A stretch of DNA of 64,000 bases. Origin: Eledone cirrhosa (lineage: Eukaryota). The stretch covers positions 37,324,001-37,388,000 of the forward strand of contig OZ024753.1 in NCBI GenBank assembly GCA_964016885.1. The letters are read 5' to 3'. A program made the translations under genes and the position numbers. Positions 58,924 to 64,000 of the stretch are shown piece by piece. The notes beneath the pieces were generated by a model that was not told where the DNA came from, did not search any database, and was given only the letters and a program-made list of their open reading frames with translations. Every line of letters starts with the position of its first letter. The stretch's first letter is position 1.

Positions 58924-59112
58924 GGCGGTGGGTTGGCAGTATCGGTAGAGGGTCGGACGACATGCTTTCCAGCATAGTTACGTCCCTTTACGATCTGAGT
59001 TCAAATCCCGCCGAGGTTGACTTTGCCTTTCATCCTTATGGGGTCGATAAAATAAAGTACCAGTAATGCACTGGATAATTGCTGGCCTTGTGCCTAAAGT
59101 AGAAACAATTAA
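58924..59112 (+). mobile_element. Full-length tRNA-derived SINE (central domain resembling Meta/MESC-type SINEs)
   Basis: ggcggtgggttggcagtatcgg (A box), gagttcaaatccc (B box), gcctttcatccttatggggtcgataaaataaagtaccag; many copies in window. Confidence 0.85.
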
Positions 59113-60335
59113 TAGATAGGTTGTCATGGCATTCCTAAAATTTGGTATCCTATTTAAACTGGGGAGCAGGACATTTTTGAGGTATGTACACCTGACCATG
59201 ATTTAGTCTTTAAAACGGTGTTTTTATATCTAGGATGCCTCTTGTGTGTGTTCGTCTGCTGTGTGATGGTAGCAGTGATGGTGAGGCCGTGCTTTACACA
59301 TAGAGAAACAAGTGAGATGAAAACAAAATAACTTCAATTGTTATAATATGCAATCACCAATGCTTTGATTAGTTGTTCAGTGCCTAGACATTCGGTACCT
59401 CACGGGTTTATCTTCAGGGAAAATTTCATTAAACTCTTTTGGTACCACACCGCGTGAAACCGGCCGTGGTTATATAATACAAAACTATTTATTTCAAAGT
59501 GTCTATATCTAAATTAAAACCTTCTATTATAATTTAATGTAAACGACTTTTATCACGTAATGTTCTACACATCAGCATCTTTGGTTATCTTACTATATTT
59601 CTTCAAATTCTTCATTATTTTCAGACTTTCGAAGTTGATAAAGTAAAATACCAGTGAAATACGGGGTAGATTTAATTGACTTTATCTCCGCACCACCACC
59701 ATAACAACCACTACAAATCGCTAGCCATGCATGTGCCTAACTGAGAAACCATTATGGTGGATGAGAGAATCTCTAGAGAGTCAGACGAAATATCACGCAG
59801 TATTTAGTTACGCGAATCTTTATGCCAATCTCAGAATTCATTATAAAGACTTATAAAAACAATTGGTAATGTCGCAACCTCTTTTTCAGTTGTATCATAT
59901 TTGCACCGTTAATAATGACATGACGAGCGATGTTTTTCGTTTGGTATTGTTTTCTTTAACTTCATGATGTTCTTCCTTACGAACGTCAGTTCCAGTAGTA
60001 CGAGAAACTACTACACACGAAATGCATTGTCAGCATTCTGGCTAAAGAAACGTATAAAAGCTGAATTTTTTAAATATGTTACGACATTCTTAACAGTCAT
60101 GTGAGCGGGATACGTTGAACATACATATATATATATACATAACCACACACGTACCTTAACATATACATATATATATATATATATATAACAGATTAAAGTT
60201 TAAGCAAAGAATCGCTAAAGATTAAGCAAAGAATAATATTAATAAATATTTGCTCTAGGGTTCTTATATATTTGATATATATTCATCTTTATCGAGCGGT
60301 CTTTGGATTTTAGTCTTCACATTTATTATGATTAC

Positions 60336-60370
<35 letters not shown>

Positions 60371-60434
60371 AATACACATATATACATACATATATATACA
60401 CATTGTGTATATGTATATATATGTATGTATATAT

Positions 60435-60502
<68 letters not shown>

Positions 60503-60655
60503 CGAAGGAAATGTGGTAAGGAACCAGGTGGACCATAACGCACCAAAGTACTCAATACTTAGGGTAGTAGAGTGGGTAATAGGAACAAGTAAGACCCCGA
60601 CGGCTGAGCTCAAGCCGTTTCGACGGCTAATTCTGTCCAGAATTACTTACTTGTT

Positions 60656-60703
<48 letters not shown>

Positions 60704-60941
60704 CGTATATATATATATATATATGTATGTACATCACACACATACACACATACATACATACACACACACACATATATATATATAATAATCCAAATTTTGA
60801 AAAGGAAAAGCTGTCATCCGGATTGATTTTGTGGTGAAAAACCCAGATAATATCTACATCCATATATAAAACGAGGGTAAGACATATTCAGAAATTTTAA
60901 TCCTCCCTCAGCAACCCTTTTATCTCTCTCTCTATATATAT

Positions 60942-60989
<48 letters not shown>

Positions 60990-61050
60990 GTATATACTCT
61001 TTTACCTGTTTCAGCCATCCGGCTGAGGCCATGCTGGGGCACCGCCCTTG

Positions 61051-61115
<65 letters not shown>

Positions 61116-61160
61116 AAGTTAAATAAAAAGTCAAATATTTAAAATTTAGCTTCGTTTATT

Positions 61161-61215
61161 ACTGCTATATATATTTCAGTGACAGCCATCTTTTGCTGTG
61201 ACCTCTTCAGGCAGT
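61161..61215 (-). ncRNA. Type I hammerhead ribozyme (family E)
   Basis: Minus: actgc CTGAAGA ggtc-acagc-aaaagatg-gctgt-cact GAAA tatata TA gcagt. Confidence 0.85.
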
Positions 61216-61318
61216 CCGAAATAGTGTGGTATAGACAAGTACATATGTTGTTGAGGTGTATAATTTTGTCAATACTCTGATATGTCCAGTTCCTGGTTAG
61301 GTTGTTATTTCTCTGAGG

Positions 61319-61349
<31 letters not shown>

Positions 61350-62787
61350 AATAATTTTTTAGGAGTAACCAAAGAGTGCTTAGAAATACATTGTTTTATT
61401 AGCTAACAGTGTATTCCTAACATTATAACGGCTCTGTAGTGTACTAGTTATCCTACATTGAGCTAAAGCCACACTGTCAAACCAAGGGCAATATATCTAC
61501 CTGTCTGGGCACATTGATATACTTGTCAACGAAACTATATATATATATAGAGAGGGAGAGAGAGATAAAAAAAAAGTTCTACGTTAGAAGGAGATGAAAA
61601 TAATATTTAGGGGTTGTTAAGGGAGGATTAATATTTCTCACTGTCTTACCCCCGTTTTATATATGGATGTTCATATTCTCAGGGTTTTTCGCCATAAAAT
61701 CAATCCGGATGAGAGCTTTTCCTTTTCAAATTTTTTCAAAATGTAGCAAATTGTAGAAAATTGTAGAAAGTAGGGCAAAATATGTACTGTTTCTATTGGT
61801 GATATATATAAAGTAAATTTAACAGGTTCTGTGTAGTAACAAACTCTCAGAAGAGTTGGACAGCAGAAAGTCTTCAGAGAAGAGACACCCACCACCACCA
61901 CCACTACCTCAAGCAAGTGATTCGTCCCTTGACTGTGTTTTTGAATGGCTAAAATGACTCTACTTCGTTGTATTTCTTGACAGCAAGAAATAAATATTAA
62001 AGTGATTTTAACAACTATTTGAATGGCTAGATTATTCTTCCATGGTGTAATTACTTTAGTTTCGTCACATGGACTCAGATGTTGTCACTTTCCAAATGTC
62101 TTCTCCATCCAGTTGGCCATCCATCTTCTCCATCCTTCTCCATCTTGTGGCCCGGGACCACGAGATGGACTGACCCTTAAGTTTCATTTCATGGTGGTGA
62201 CATGTGAAATAGATCTACTTGCATAAGCACGAGTAGTTTCCTTTTTGTATGTAACTGGTAAGACGTTGAAGAGAAAGTAAATTCTAAATAAATTTCTTAA
62301 ATTTTAAATTCATTTTGAAAAAAAAATACAATCTTTATTTCACAGGAAACTAAGCCAAAATTCAGAAAGGGGGTTCAATTTAAACACTTTAGCCTTTCAC
62401 CCACATTTGCTAGCCATGTACCTAATATAGAAACTAATATAAATAAATAAAGTTATGAATAAATAAAGGAACGAACGAAAACCAAACAAAGAAGGAGAAC
62501 GAGGAGAAGATAAAACACACGAATGAAATTAAAACGTACTTTGGCACATTTCCTGCAACTCGATATAAGCTAAAATAATACAAATTTGCTTTTTAAAATT
62601 ACTCTTCCGGATTGATTTTATTGCACGAAACTCAGAGAATACTCGCTTCCTAATAGGAAACGAGGTGTAAAATGTATAATTAGAGGCGGATTTAACCTTC
62701 CTTATCAACCTATGGGTCTAATCCCCATCTGGCGGATATATATCTGTATCTATCTATCTACATATACATCAAACACACACCACACAC

Positions 62788-62898
<111 letters not shown>

Positions 62899-62970
62899 GT
62901 GTGTGTTTGATGTATATGTAGATAGATGGATACAGATATATATCAGATATACATGTATATATATATACAT

Positions 62971-63021
62971 AGCTACTGCAAGACTAGCACTGTTTCATTC
63001 GGGAGAAATCATCAGGAAGCC
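62971..63021 (-). ncRNA. Decayed family D hammerhead
   Basis: Minus: ggcttc CTGATGA tttctcccgaat GAAA cagtgctagtcttg CA gtagct (cleavage-site U lost). Confidence 0.5.
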
Positions 63022-63131
63022 CTGATATATATATATATATGTGTGTGTGTGTGTTCACCGATAAACTGCTTTTGCGATATTCGTTCGCATTTTCAGCGGT
63101 CTACTGCTACTACTACCACTACCACCACCAT

Positions 63132-63188
<57 letters not shown>

Positions 63189-63300
63189 AACATAGAATGC
63201 GATAAAAAAAAGACTTCAAACAACAAATAGTTTCTAAATCGTTGTTTGACACCCAAAGAACATATGGGGATTTCCTCATCCTTTCGCTTTTGTATATATA

Positions 63301-63733
63301 CATGGTGGCTGCCAACTCGTTTTCGAGTACGGCCACTGCTTTATATCCATGTAGGAGAACCCCTACCGTTGCGCTGAACGAGTGTGACTTTTTAGTCCAG
63401 CCAGCGACTTGAAAACTATGGTACAAACACTACACTTGTGACAATTATTGATACATAGTGCAGGGCCCATGGTACCATGTAAAGACAAGTGCAGAGAGAT
63501 CTCCAGATATAAAGCAATGCCTGTGCCGTGAAGCTTTTATAGTGAGCAAAGGCACTGCAGAAAGCCAGTCCCACTCTCTTAACAAAGATGATATTTACCA
63601 AAAAGAATAACAAGTCAACATCATTGGATACCATCAGGGTTGCAGGTGTTATATCAGAGTTTTCCTTCTCCTAGAATTCTGCCTTGACAAAGGCTAAGGG
63701 GTCACCCGGTGATTTTGGATGGCCATTGACTCT
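63301..63733 (-). mobile_element. Non-autonomous RTE-derived element, 5'-truncated copy of 2463-3033
   Basis: Near-identical over ~430 bp. Confidence 0.75.
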
Positions 63734-63742
63734 TATATATAC

Positions 63743-63839
<97 letters not shown>

Positions 63840-63925
63840 TGCATATATATATATACATACATATATACATATATACATACATATATATATATTTATTTAT
63901 TTATTTATTAAAATAACAGATTAAA

Positions 63926-63974
63926 GTTTAAGCAAAGAATCACTGCTTTCACCCTTAACAGGATCTTCTGAAAC
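63926..63974 (-). ncRNA. Family B hammerhead-like fold with CAGAAGA core
   Basis: Minus: gttt CAGAAGA tcctgttaagggt GAAA gcagtgattctttgc TT aaac. Confidence 0.6.
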
Positions 63975-64000
63975 GGGATCTTTGGATTTTAGTCTTCAAA

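Noticed and set aside
59365-59425. Minus-strand CTGAAGA with short hairpin
   Set aside because: Followed by GAAT, with no valid stem III, UH or stem I

Overview
Eukaryotic, AT-rich, microsatellite-saturated DNA with (TA)n, (TG)n, (TACA)n, (GA)n, (TAG)n and (GATA)n tracts. It is most likely intronic or intergenic sequence of an octopus or other coleoid cephalopod, inferred from the SINE types and microsatellite load. Almost all ORFs in the track are microsatellite artefacts. Coding remnants that look real are retroelement pieces: a Penelope-like (PLE) GIY-YIG endonuclease 3' end, a Tx1/L1-like C-terminus and RTE C-termini. There is also one candidate 150-nt host exon. Other content: a 7.3-kb 80-bp minisatellite, tRNA-derived SINEs (one family as a 4x181-bp tandem array) and MITEs. 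The main signal is hidden in the short non-repetitive islands between (TA)n tracts. By hand-folding, about 25 of them carry type I hammerhead ribozyme motifs from at least 12 apparently unrelated sequence families. Many have palindromic stem III, some have very long stem II insertions, and some have core variants (compensatory U3-A8, A4, C4). They often sit in fold-back (inverted) pairs. All folds were derived by eye; none was computed or tested.
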